A DNA stretch of 64,000 bases from Terriglobia bacterium (lineage in GTDB: Bacteria > Acidobacteriota > Terriglobia > 20CM-2-55-15). Each line of letters begins with the position of its first letter. Positions within the stretch are counted from its first letter, which is position 1. The position numbers and the translations under genes were made by a program. The stretch covers positions 224,088-288,087 of the forward strand of contig CAXWPJ010000006.1 in the NCBI GenBank assembly GCA_963664115.2, in the 5' to 3' direction. This document shows positions 53,890 through 62,777 of the stretch, in pieces. The notes beneath the pieces were generated by a model that saw only the letters and a program-made list of their open reading frames with translations, did no database searches and was not told where the DNA came from.

Positions 53890-54039
53890 TGGAATAACGG
53901 CTCCGTGAGGATTTCAAGATAACTCATTTAATACGGTTTATGCAGGGTCGTGGTTACACACGGAGAGCTTTTGCGCGATGGAATCAACTGGGGCAGGTTA
54001 GAGGGGACCGGCGATAGGCGGGGACAGGAGGGGACGGAA

Positions 54040-54104
54040 GGGGACGGACACTTCAGTCGAAATAGCGCCATCAGGCGAAGATGTAGCGGGAAGTGTCCGT
54101 CCCC
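54040..54104. repeat. Palindromic element copy E5, preceded by GGGGAC reiterations
   Basis: Perfect arms at 54040-54054 and 54090-54104 with a 35 nt loop. Three further GGGGAC hexamers occur in 54003-54036. The right arm abuts the iscX stop codon. Confidence 0.95.
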
Positions 54105-54320
54105 TTAGTGGCGATCCTGCCACTCTTCGTACCAGGCCATTTGTATCGCTTCGAGCTTCTTTTCATTGGATGCTTTCGGGTCGTCGGCGAAATCCTCCAG
54201 TTCAGTCGTCCAACGGTGGAGATCGGTGAAACGGACGCCGAGTGGATCGGTTTCGGGAAAGCGATCGCACAAGGCGAGGGCGATGTCTTCGGTATCGGTC
54301 CAGTCCAGTTGTCTCTTCAT
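54105..54320 (-). CDS. iscX: Fe-S cluster assembly protein IscX
   Basis: 71 aa. LDWTDTEDIALALCDRFPETDPLGVRFTDLHRWTTELEDFADDPKASNEKKLEAIQMAW parallels E. coli IscX/YfhJ. It is the last gene of the isc operon. Confidence 0.9.
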   Translation of the reverse strand: MKRQLDWTDTEDIALALCDRFPETDPLGVRFTDLHRWTTELEDFADDPKASNEKKLEAIQMAWYEEWQDRH

Positions 54321-56119
54321 TGGATTTCCCTGACGCGTTTATTCTTGAGCGCCTTGCCGATGGCGGCAGTCATGATGAGTTCTGCAACCCGCATGGTCTT
54401 TTCGTTGAGTTGCTCTATGGCGTCCCGTATGACCTGGTGATCTTCAGTATTGATAGCTTCCCTGAGAGCCTCCACCGCAGTCTCAATTTCCTGTTTTTCT
54501 TCCGTGGGAAGCTGCACGTACTCTTCGTTCACACGACTCCGTTCGCAGGCGTCCAGGACCGTTCGGGCCTCGTTTCGTGCTTCGATCACCAGTCGGACGT
54601 CTATGTCTGCCTCTGCATGCTCGAACGACTCCAGTATCATCGTTTCAACCTGTTCATCCGTAAGTCCATACGTGGGCTTGATGTCGACGGACTGGAACTT
54701 GCCGGTCCGTTTTTCCATTGCTGAAACGTTCAGGATGCCGTCCGCGTCGATCAGGAATTTGACCTCGATCCGTGGCAGTCCGGCGGGCATGGGCGGAATA
54801 TTCTTGAGATCGAATTCCGCGAGGCTCCGGCAGTCCTCGACCAGCTCTCTTTCGCCTTGTAAGACGTGAATCTTGACGTTGGTCTGACCCTCTACGTACG
54901 TCGTAAAGGATTCGGTTGCACTGGCCGGGACCGTGGAATTTCGCGGAATGATCGTAGACATCACACCGCCGATCGTTTCGATGCCCAGCGAGAGCGGCGA
55001 CACGTCCAGAAGCAAGGTGTCACGGCGGTTGCCGGATAGGATATCGGCCTGTACTGCGGCGCCCAGCGCTACGACCTCGTCGGGGTTCAGTTCGGTGTGG
55101 AGTGCCCGTCCGAAGAGCTCCGCGACTCGGCTCCGGACCAGGGGGACGCGCGTCGAACCCCCGACCATCACAACCTCATCGATCGCCCTGGCCTCGAGAG
55201 CAGCGTCTTTCAGAGCCTGGCGACAGGGAACGAGGGTCCGTTCGATGATTGCGGCAATGCGTCCATCAAATTCATCACGGCTCAATACCCTCGAATAGTT
55301 CAATTCTGGCAGCTCGATATCTGTCTTTTCGGACGCCGAAAGATCCTCTTTCGCTTTGCGCATGGCCGCGCGCACCACCCCGAGGCCCCGGTTGTCGAGT
55401 TCTGCCTTCGTTTCTTCCTGTACCATACGGATCAGTGCCTGGTCGATGTCGTCTCCGCCGAGGTGTGTGTCGCCGCTGGTGGAGAGAACCTCGAAAATGC
55501 CTTCAGTCAATTTGAGGATGGAGATATCAAAGGTGCCGCCGCCGAAATCGTAGACAGCGATAATGCCCTGTTTTTTCTCCTGGAGTCCGTAGGCCAATGA
55601 AGCAGCTGTGGGTTCATTGACGATGCGTAAGACGTCGAGTCCTGCGATCCGCCCCGCATCTTTGGTGGCTTGCCGCTGGGCGTCGTTAAAGTAGGCCGGG
55701 ACCGTAATGACCACGTTCGTGATTTCTTCCGCAAGATCAGATTCGGCGCGTTCCTTGAGTTCTCGAAGCACGAAAGCCGACAGTTCAGGCGGTGTGTAGG
55801 CCCGGCCCCCAGCGTTTATCCGAATAATGTTATCGCTCTCGGATGAAGCTTCGAACGGGAGAAGAGACAGGTCATCCCTAACATCCTCAATCCCTTTCCC
55901 CATGAACCGCTTGATCGAAAATATAGTGTGGCCCGAATCGTCAAACATCTTCTCGAGGGCCGCGTTTCCCACGCTTACGGATTGGTCTGCGCCGAAATGA
56001 ATCACCGACGGGACCATGCGGCTCCCGTCGGGTCCTGCAATAATCCGGGGCGTACCGTCCTCCGCTACTGCCACGAGGCTGTTTGTCGTTCCGAGGTCAA
56101 TACCTACGATTCTCGCCAT
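54317..56119 (-). CDS. hscA: Fe-S protein assembly chaperone HscA (Hsp70 type)
   Basis: 600 aa Hsp70 (IVGIDLGTTNS, DLGGGTFD, etc.) located directly after hscB in the isc operon. Confidence 0.95.
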   Translation of the reverse strand: MARIVGIDLGTTNSLVAVAEDGTPRIIAGPDGSRMVPSVIHFGADQSVSVGNAALEKMFDDSGHTIFSIKRFMGKGIEDVRDDLSLLPFEASSESDNIIRINAGGRAYTPPELSAFVLRELKERAESDLAEEITNVVITVPAYFNDAQRQATKDAGRIAGLDVLRIVNEPTAASLAYGLQEKKQGIIAVYDFGGGTFDISILKLTEGIFEVLSTSGDTHLGGDDIDQALIRMVQEETKAELDNRGLGVVRAAMRKAKEDLSASEKTDIELPELNYSRVLSRDEFDGRIAAIIERTLVPCRQALKDAALEARAIDEVVMVGGSTRVPLVRSRVAELFGRALHTELNPDEVVALGAAVQADILSGNRRDTLLLDVSPLSLGIETIGGVMSTIIPRNSTVPASATESFTTYVEGQTNVKIHVLQGERELVEDCRSLAEFDLKNIPPMPAGLPRIEVKFLIDADGILNVSAMEKRTGKFQSVDIKPTYGLTDEQVETMILESFEHAEADIDVRLVIEARNEARTVLDACERSRVNEEYVQLPTEEKQEIETAVEALREAINTEDHQVIRDAIEQLNEKTMRVAELIMTAAIGKALKNKRVREIQ

Positions 56120-56682
56120 TAGTGCGCCACCTCGCTTTCTATGTCCCGTTCCATGTTTCGTATGTAGGCGGAGTGAGCAAGGATGTCGGCCAGTTTGGAC
56201 AATTGCTCTCTACGCATCTCGTCCGAGCCCGGATCCGATATCAACCCGTCCCATTTAGAGAACGCCTCCTGAAGCCGCTGGTCATAGTCCTCCCGCATCC
56301 GGGAAATATGTACCCTGGAGCCTTCCAGCGCTTCGACGAGTGCGTCCGTGTCATCTCCGGCTGCCCGGGCTGCCCGCAGCTGTTCCATTTCTTCGTTGAC
56401 CTCGAAAACCTCGGCGAGCAAAGCCTGGGGTACCTTGCTGGAGTCCACCTCAAAACCCTGGGACCGGACCAGGTATTCGGCCCGTTTGCTGGGTTCTCTT
56501 AACGTTCTGTAGGAATCGTTCAACAGAGCGGTCATCCGCAGCGCGCGCTCGCGTTCCTCCGGTGGTGAGCTAGTGTGAAAGTCCGGATGGTATTGCCGGC
56601 TCAAGGTGTGGAACTTTCTTTCCAGACTGTCGAGATCGATGTTCAGTACGGGTTCTAGGTTAAACACTTCGAAGTAATTCAT
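56119..56682 (-). CDS. hscB: Co-chaperone HscB (J-domain)
   Basis: 187 aa. N-terminal J-domain with HPD (YHPDFH) plus a C-terminal helical domain. The stop overlaps the hscA start by 1 nt. Confidence 0.9.
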   Translation of the reverse strand: MNYFEVFNLEPVLNIDLDSLERKFHTLSRQYHPDFHTSSPPEERERALRMTALLNDSYRTLREPSKRAEYLVRSQGFEVDSSKVPQALLAEVFEVNEEMEQLRAARAAGDDTDALVEALEGSRVHISRMREDYDQRLQEAFSKWDGLISDPGSDEMRREQLSKLADILAHSAYIRNMERDIESEVAH

Positions 56683-56748
56683 TGCTGCCGGACCTGAAAA
56701 AAAGGGCCGTTGTTAAACGGCCCTTTGAAATCGAACACGCGGGCGCTG

Positions 56749-57075
56749 TCAAATAGAGAAGGAGTCTCCGCACCCGCATGTATTTTTGGCGTTGGGGTTC
56801 ATGAAGGCGAATCCCTTTCCTGTCAGCCCGTCGTCAAAATCAAGAACCGTGTTGTTCAGGTAGATATAGCTTTTCAAATCACAGAACAGCTGCACGTCTT
56901 CCCGTTCAAAGACCTTGTCACCTTTACGCGTTTCGGTTTCGAAGCCCAGATTGTATGAGAGTCCGGAACAACCGCCGCCTTTGACGCCCACCCGCAGCCC
57001 ACCGGCATCAATCCCTTCCTTTTGCCGGAGCGTCTTGATCGCTTCGACCGCACGATCTGTGAGCTCAATCGCCAT
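56749..57075 (-). CDS. iscA: Iron-sulfur cluster insertion protein IscA (HesB family)
   Basis: 108 aa. GGCSGLSY and the C-terminal CGCGDSF motifs. Confidence 0.95.
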   Translation of the reverse strand: MAIELTDRAVEAIKTLRQKEGIDAGGLRVGVKGGGCSGLSYNLGFETETRKGDKVFEREDVQLFCDLKSYIYLNNTVLDFDDGLTGKGFAFMNPNAKNTCGCGDSFSI

Positions 57076-57096
57076 AACCGTTAACCTTCTGAGACC

Positions 57097-57504
57097 TTAG
57101 CCTTTTGTCCCGTTGTCGTTGTCGGGATGCTTGGTCTTCCAGTCCGATATCGCAGCCTTGATCGCGTCCTCGGCGAGCACCGAGCAGTGGATCTTGACCG
57201 GAGGGAGACTGAGCTCTTTAACGATCTCGGTATTCTTGATGGCGAGCGCCTCATCCAGCGTCTTGCCCTTGACCCACTCCGTTGCCAGGCTGGAGCTTGC
57301 GATCGCACTACCGCAACCGAATGTCTTGAACTTCGCGTCCTCGATGACGCCGCTGTCTTCATCGATCTTTATCTGCAACTTCATCACGTCTCCGCATTCG
57401 GGAGCGCCAACCAGCCCGGTGCCGACGTCGTCTTCATCCTTCTTAAACGATCCTACGTTGCGAGGATTGTTGTAGTGGTCAACAACTTTTTCTGAATATG
57501 CCAT
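57097..57504 (-). CDS. iscU: Fe-S cluster scaffold IscU
   Basis: 135 aa. HYNNPRNVG, GAPECGDVMKL, FKTFGCGSAIASSS, LPPVKIHCSVLA. Confidence 0.95.
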   Translation of the reverse strand: MAYSEKVVDHYNNPRNVGSFKKDEDDVGTGLVGAPECGDVMKLQIKIDEDSGVIEDAKFKTFGCGSAIASSSLATEWVKGKTLDEALAIKNTEIVKELSLPPVKIHCSVLAEDAIKAAISDWKTKHPDNDNGTKG

Positions 57505-57518
57505 CTGTCATCTTCTCC

Positions 57519-58742
57519 TTATTCTCCCGACCAGTTAACGGTGCTCAGATCGATTCCTTCCTTGACCATTTCATAGAGCGGCGACAATTCCCGCAACCGG
57601 CGTACGGTCCGCGTGACTTTCTCAGCGACATAGTCGACTTCCTCTTCGGTATTGAACCGTCCGATTCCGAAACGAATCGACGTGTGCACCAGTTCCTCAC
57701 CGACCCCCATCGCCTTGAGCACATATGAGGGTTCGAGGCTGGCGGAAGTGCATGCGGATCCTGAAGAAACGGCAATGTCTTCGAGTCCCATCAGCAAGGA
57801 TTCGCCTTCCACGTAAGCGAAACTCATGTTGAGATTTCCGGGTACACGCCGATCCGGATCACCGTTAATAAAGACTTCGTCCAGGTTCTCCTCAAATTTG
57901 CGACGCAACCGTTCGCGCAGCCCCAAAATCCGGACGGACTCCTCTTCCAGCTCTTCCTGCGCGATTTCTGCAGCTTTGCCGAAACCTACAATTCCGGGGA
58001 CGTTTAAGGTGCCCGAACGCATTCCGCGTTCGTGGCCACCACCATCGATAATCGGGCTCAACAGCACGCGGGGATTTCTACGGCGTACGTATATCGCGCC
58101 AACACCTTTGGGGCCATACATCTTGTGCGCGCTCAGCGAGGCGATATCGACATTCAAGTCCTGGACGTCGAAAGGAATCTTGCCTGCGGCCTGCACGGCA
58201 TCGGTATGGAAAAGAACTCCGTGCTCCCGGGCAATCCGGCCGATTTCCTGAATGTCCTGAATGACGCCCACCTCGTTGTTAACGGCCATAATCGATATCA
58301 GGATCGTCTTATCGGTAATGGCGCTCTTGAGCTCGTCGAGATCGATCAGGCCATTCGTGGCTACGGGCAGGAGGGTCACGCGTATCCCGTTCTTTCCAAG
58401 GTGCTTCGCACTATCGAGGATTGCCTTGTGTTCCGTAACGCAGGTGATGACGTGGTCGCCTTTCTGGCTGTACATTTCGGCGACACCCTTCAGGGCCAGG
58501 TTGTCGGATTCAGTTGCGCCACTGGTGAAGACGATTTCTTTCGGGCTCGCGTTGATCAGAGCCGCCACCTGTCGCCGCGCTCGATCCACGGCCTCCTCGG
58601 CATCCCAGCCGAACTTGTGATTGCGGCTGGCTGCATTGCCGAAGTTTTCGCCGAAGTACGGCAACATTGCCTCCAGAACCCGAGGATCGACCGGCGTTGT
58701 CGCGTGGTTGTCCATGTAAATGGGTTGAGTTATAGTCGTCAT
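57519..58742 (-). CDS. iscS: Cysteine desulfurase IscS
   Basis: 407 aa class V aminotransferase with [15 protein letters not shown] (PLP Lys) and SSGSACTS (catalytic Cys). Confidence 0.95.
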   Translation of the reverse strand: MTTITQPIYMDNHATTPVDPRVLEAMLPYFGENFGNAASRNHKFGWDAEEAVDRARRQVAALINASPKEIVFTSGATESDNLALKGVAEMYSQKGDHVITCVTEHKAILDSAKHLGKNGIRVTLLPVATNGLIDLDELKSAITDKTILISIMAVNNEVGVIQDIQEIGRIAREHGVLFHTDAVQAAGKIPFDVQDLNVDIASLSAHKMYGPKGVGAIYVRRRNPRVLLSPIIDGGGHERGMRSGTLNVPGIVGFGKAAEIAQEELEEESVRILGLRERLRRKFEENLDEVFINGDPDRRVPGNLNMSFAYVEGESLLMGLEDIAVSSGSACTSASLEPSYVLKAMGVGEELVHTSIRFGIGRFNTEEEVDYVAEKVTRTVRRLRELSPLYEMVKEGIDLSTVNWSGE

Positions 58743-58753
58743 CCTCGTGTCTC

Positions 58754-59224
58754 CTAGTCTCGACTTCCCAATTCCAGGGGTTTCAGAATTCTTATCCCGG
58801 TCTTGTCAGCGTTCATCTCAAGCAATTCGGTCTCGGCCAGTTCGTGGATGGTGGTTTCCATCAACACCTGGATTACTTTTTCCTTGATGCCGCGAAGAGG
58901 ATCCCGGATCGAACACAATCGGAATTGCTCGCAGTCATCGTCAACTTCGCAGGGGGTCATCGTGATTGGACCCTCCAGCGCTTCAATAACCTCGATGACA
59001 CCGATTGATTTCGGCATCCGAGCCAGAGCGTATCCGCCGGTGGGGCCGGCATGGGATAGCAGCAAACCCTTGCGAACGAGTCGTTGAAGAACCTTGGCCA
59101 ACAGTTCTGACGGGATGTTATAGGTGCGGGCGATTTCGGGAGCACTGTGGGACTGCTCAGTATTCAAAGTCAGGTGTTTTAGCGCGATCAACCCGTAATC
59201 TGTTCTTTTGGATAGCCTGAACAT
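58754..59224 (-). CDS. iscR: Rrf2-family Fe-S cluster regulator IscR
   Basis: 156 aa. N-terminal wHTH ([18 protein letters not shown]), Cys residues in the cluster-binding region, and first position in the isc operon. Confidence 0.85.
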   Translation of the reverse strand: MFRLSKRTDYGLIALKHLTLNTEQSHSAPEIARTYNIPSELLAKVLQRLVRKGLLLSHAGPTGGYALARMPKSIGVIEVIEALEGPITMTPCEVDDDCEQFRLCSIRDPLRGIKEKVIQVLMETTIHELAETELLEMNADKTGIRILKPLELGSRD

Positions 59225-59309
59225 CGTGACTTCTCAGCTGCGGCGGTATACGCCCGGTTCTACACCTCTTTTTTCCTGCATTTTCTTGATTGTGGCTCGC
59301 GATCATATT

Positions 59310-59347
59310 CCCGACATAAACCATCGCCGATCAAAAGTGTCGGGTAT
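59310..59347 (-). promoter_or_regulatory. Candidate IscR operator in the iscR upstream region
   Basis: Read on the minus strand, 59347-59323 is ATACCCGACACTTTTGATCGGCGAT. This matches about 20/25 positions of the E. coli type-1 IscR consensus ATASYYGACTRwwwYAGTCRRSTAT as I recall it. A second CCCGACA half-site lies at 59310-59316, forming an inverted pair with TGTCGGG (59338-59344). Confidence 0.45.
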
Positions 59348-59478
59348 ATAAGCAAGAGTAGGTGATGGCCTGTACTGCGGTCAAGCCCAAAGTGTGGAGG
59401 GCTTTGGCCGAGGCCGTCTGCGAGGGGATCATGGCTGCATAAGCCATTGTTTTCAAAAGGTATATGAAATTCATTCGA

Positions 59479-60165
59479 CTATTCTTGAGCTGCGATGTCA
59501 AGAAGTCCGAGGAGGCCACTAAGGTCCTGAATGCGGGGTTTCCCATCTGCGGACTTTGGCGCGAACCGATCCACGAGAATGCTGTACAAGCCCGCCGCCG
59601 CCGCACCGTTAAAGTCCTGTTCGACGTCGTCGCCCGCAAATAGTGCTTCCGCCGGTGCCACTTCCAGCGCTTTGGCTGCTGCCAGGAAGATCCGTTGGTC
59701 CGGCTTGGAGTAACCGGAGGACTGAGCTGTGACAACGGTATCGAAATATTGCGCAATCCTGAGGTCGTCGAGGACCCCGCTGAGTCGGGAATCGAAATTA
59801 GAAACCACGCCGAGTCCGTATTGATTTTTCTTCAACGTTTCGAGTACCGAAATTGTTTCCGGGTAGCATTGCCAACCCTGGTCGGATCTGAAAACTTCGT
59901 AGACTTCCTCGAAGAAGGCGTCGAACCGCGGGAATGGCCCTAGATTGGCAAACACGGATCCTACCAAGGACTTCCACTCGGCTTTTTCGATAGGTACTCC
60001 GCGGGCATTCACCAGACGTAAGAATTCCTGGTCGATCGCGTTCGCATCGGTGTGAAAATCGTAAGCGGCGGCGACGCCTCCGTAGATTTTTCCAATCGTT
60101 CCGCGCGAGTGGAACAGCGTACCCACTGCGTCAAAGAGGACTGCTCGGATCAAAGTTCGACCCAA
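59479..60165 (-). CDS. HAD-superfamily hydrolase
   Basis: 228 aa. Motif I VLFDAVGTL, and later LGVVSNFD and FAGDDVEQD motifs. Confidence 0.8.
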   Translation of the reverse strand: MGRTLIRAVLFDAVGTLFHSRGTIGKIYGGVAAAYDFHTDANAIDQEFLRLVNARGVPIEKAEWKSLVGSVFANLGPFPRFDAFFEEVYEVFRSDQGWQCYPETISVLETLKKNQYGLGVVSNFDSRLSGVLDDLRIAQYFDTVVTAQSSGYSKPDQRIFLAAAKALEVAPAEALFAGDDVEQDFNGAAAAGLYSILVDRFAPKSADGKPRIQDLSGLLGLLDIAAQE

Positions 60166-61205
60166 CAGCCTTTCTTCGATGAAGCACGCGCAGCATCAAG
60201 AACCTGCTGGCTGATTAAACCGTCTTTGAAGTTGGGGTTGGGTGAAGGGTGCCCTCCTGCGATCGCGTCGACCAGCGAGTCAACAAGCGCACGAAACTGG
60301 GGACGGAGAAAATGACCGGCCTCTTTGGGTAACTGGTAGCGTGACGGGACCTCCAAAGCTTGCACCGCCCGGGCGCTTCTCTTGCCGCCCAGAATGGAGT
60401 GTCCGCGATAGTCCGGAATCACGAGTTGTCCCTTGCTCCCGTAAATCCCCACCTGTGACATTTCGACACCGGCGACTGCACTCATGTGGAGAACAGCCTG
60501 CGCTCCGGAAGAAAACTCGATGATCATCGCCGCCGCATCATCGCTCGTAACGGCCTGGCCCTCCCGTTCCTTTACGAAAGTCGATAGATCGCACATGACG
60601 CGACGCGGCTTGCCCATCCACATCTGGAGTGAATCGACTGCGTGAGAGCCGACCGCTCCGAGAAGCCCACCGCCACGCCGCTCGTCCGACCACCAGTTCC
60701 ATTCGACATCCTGGGCATCGGACCGCCAACCGAAGTGTGCGGAAAATTCCACCATCCGGATCTTACCCACGTAGTTTTGGCGAAGCAAATCCATGAGAAA
60801 TGTACGCGCCGGTAGATAGCGAAATTCGAAGTCCACCATGGCAATCACGCCGGCTTCGTCGGCTGCTTTAAGCATCGCTTCAGCTTCGGGGCTGTTCAGG
60901 GCGAAGGGTTTTTCGCACAGGATGTGGATTCCCCGTCGCGCGGCCGAGAGAACCATGGGGTGGTGGAGATGAGGTGGCGTCGTAATGCTGACCAGGTCCG
61001 GACGCTCGCTGTCCAACATCTCTTCGAAATCGGTGTAGGCGGCTCCGACACCATGCTCGGCAGCTACCGCCCGGGCCCGCTCGGCGCGTCCACTGGAAAG
61101 CGCGACAACCTGTGTGCGTGCATGAGATTGGAATACGGGTATCTGGACCGCCCCGGCAAAGGAGGTTCCGGCGACGGCAACACGAAGCTTCTTGGATTCG
61201 GTCAC
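60150..61205 (-). CDS. Gfo/Idh/MocA-family oxidoreductase
   Basis: GTG at 61205 preceded by GAGGAG gives VTESKKLRVAVAGTSFAG.., the usual family N-terminus, and the EKP motif (LCEKPFA). The longer listed ORF (to 61484) reads through the palindromic element E6 and is rejected. Confidence 0.85.
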   Translation of the reverse strand: MTESKKLRVAVAGTSFAGAVQIPVFQSHARTQVVALSSGRAERARAVAAEHGVGAAYTDFEEMLDSERPDLVSITTPPHLHHPMVLSAARRGIHILCEKPFALNSPEAEAMLKAADEAGVIAMVDFEFRYLPARTFLMDLLRQNYVGKIRMVEFSAHFGWRSDAQDVEWNWWSDERRGGGLLGAVGSHAVDSLQMWMGKPRRVMCDLSTFVKEREGQAVTSDDAAAMIIEFSSGAQAVLHMSAVAGVEMSQVGIYGSKGQLVIPDYRGHSILGGKRSARAVQALEVPSRYQLPKEAGHFLRPQFRALVDSLVDAIAGGHPSPNPNFKDGLISQQVLDAARASSKKGCWVEL

Positions 61206-61329
61206 GGCAAGGCACTCCTCGGCATGGATAGGGCCCCCTTTTGCGACGTAGGGGTCAGACAGCGGCACTGTATCAAGTTTGGTGTCGGTGTTCCAATTTA
61301 GGGGATTTGCGGAACGGGACGCACTCGAA

Positions 61330-61393
61330 GGGGACGGACACTTCATGCGACATTGTGACCTGGCGAGTGTATTGTGGCTGAAGTGTCCGTCCC
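61330..61393. repeat. Palindromic element copy E6 (in a divergent intergenic region)
   Basis: GGGGACGGACACTTC (61330-61344) and GAAGTGTCCGTCCC (61380-61393). The loop is ATGCGACATTGTGACCTGGCGAGTGTATTGTGGCT. Confidence 0.95.
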
Positions 61394-61461
61394 TTTCCAG
61401 AGGATCAAGTCGGAAATCTCCACCGTCCCCGAATTGCCATGGTAAAATCTGCGGCTTCTCT

Positions 61462-62766
61462 ATGGCACAGATTCGTCCATTCAAAGCTCTTCGGTATTCG
61501 AGCGAACAGGTTCGGGTGGATCAGGTGGTCACGCAACCCTACGACAAGATCAGTCCCGAAATGCAGGCCCGGTACCGAGCCCGGCATCCGAATAACCTCG
61601 TCCGTATCCTCCGGTCAGCATCAGAACCGGACCAGGACCCGAATGTTTCGCCTTATCAGAGAGCTTCAGAAACACTCAAGGCCTGGCGTCAGGAAGGCAT
61701 CATCGAGCAGGTGGAGGAACCGTCCCTGTTTGCGTATTTCCAGCGTTTCCGAACCCCGGAGGGTGATCGGTTCCGAACGCGTAAGGGATTTATCTGTTTG
61801 GCGCATTTGGAGGATTACGCCAACAAGATTGTCTTTCCGCACGAACAGACACTAACGGGTCCCAAGCAGGACAGACTCGAACTGTTGCGTCACACACGGA
61901 CACACTTCGGTCAGGTATTTCTTCTTTATTCCGATCCCTCCAGGGTAGTCGATGCCGTTCTCGACGACGTGGCTGCCGATCCGCCCGAAATCACGGTTCG
62001 TGATGAGTACGATGTAGAGCACATGCTCTGGCAAGTGTCCAATATTGAAGCGATTCGTTCGATTCAGGCTGCGATGGTGGACAAACAGCTCACGATCGCC
62101 GACGGTCACCATCGGTACGAAACGGCGCTTGCATTCCGTGACGAGAAGAGGACGGAAGCGGGTAGGGACGACGCGGGAGCTTTCGAATGGTTGATGACGA
62201 CACTGGTGAACATGGAGAGTCCGGGCATGACGATCCTGCCGACCCACCGTGTGGTGTCGAACCTCGCTTCGTATGATCCCGACAAATTCGTCGACCGCGT
62301 CCGGGAGTACTTCGACGTTCGGGAGGTCGGGAACGCGGGTCAACTGGCCACAGGTCTGGAGGAGGGCGGAGCCATTCGGCCGACCATTGGTATGGCGACT
62401 CAAGGGGGAGACCGTTTTGCCGTGTTTGAACTCCGGGATGGTTTTGATTTCAAGGCTGTTTTACCTGGCGTCTCAGTGACCCAGTCTCAACTCGACGTCG
62501 TGATTCTTCATGATCTGATACTGGGAAAGTGCCTGGATGTTTCAGACGAAGACGTGCGTGGAGAGAGCTATCTGCAATATGTCCGTGGCTTGGAGGCCGC
62601 CGTCGCTGAGGTTGAGGAGGGCAGGGCCCAGGTCTGTTTTCTGCTGAATGCAACCCGCATAGAACAGGTCCGGGACATCGCCCTTGCCGGGGAAGTTCTG
62701 CCGCAGAAATCCACAGATTTCTTCCCGAAATTGCTATCCGGCCTAACGATGTATTCGATGGATTGA
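61462..62766 (+). CDS. DUF1015 domain-containing protein
   Basis: MAQIRPFKALRYSSEQV.. is the typical DUF1015 N-terminus, and IADGHHRYETAL is also present. ATG at 61462. The listed upstream extension reads through element E6. Confidence 0.85.
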   Translation: MAQIRPFKALRYSSEQVRVDQVVTQPYDKISPEMQARYRARHPNNLVRILRSASEPDQDPNVSPYQRASETLKAWRQEGIIEQVEEPSLFAYFQRFRTPEGDRFRTRKGFICLAHLEDYANKIVFPHEQTLTGPKQDRLELLRHTRTHFGQVFLLYSDPSRVVDAVLDDVAADPPEITVRDEYDVEHMLWQVSNIEAIRSIQAAMVDKQLTIADGHHRYETALAFRDEKRTEAGRDDAGAFEWLMTTLVNMESPGMTILPTHRVVSNLASYDPDKFVDRVREYFDVREVGNAGQLATGLEEGGAIRPTIGMATQGGDRFAVFELRDGFDFKAVLPGVSVTQSQLDVVILHDLILGKCLDVSDEDVRGESYLQYVRGLEAAVAEVEEGRAQVCFLLNATRIEQVRDIALAGEVLPQKSTDFFPKLLSGLTMYSMD

Positions 62767-62777
62767 CGGCGCCCCGG

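Noticed and set aside
54001-54050. Canonical G-quadruplex formed by the four GGGG runs.
   Set aside because: The first spacer is about 13 nt, longer than canonical G4 loops, so only a non-canonical structure is possible. It is kept as a minor note within the E5 finding rather than as a feature.
59331-59756. 141 aa ORF on the minus strand in the iscR upstream region.
   Set aside because: It overlaps the HAD hydrolase CDS in another frame and the iscR promoter/operator region, and its composition is not protein-like.
10655-61393. The conserved inverted-repeat elements as a CRISPR array or CRISPR remnants.
   Set aside because: The copies are dispersed singly over 50 kb at gene boundaries, not in a repeat-spacer array. 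Each unit is itself a palindrome with a related (not unique) loop, and no cas genes are present.
61206-61484. N-terminal extension of the Gfo/Idh/MocA ORF (listed to 61484), and the N-terminal extension of the DUF1015 ORF from 61279.
   Set aside because: Both extensions read through palindromic element E6 (peptides KCPSP / GDGHF are arm translations) and overlap each other on opposite strands. Internal starts with good RBS and family-typical N-termini exist.
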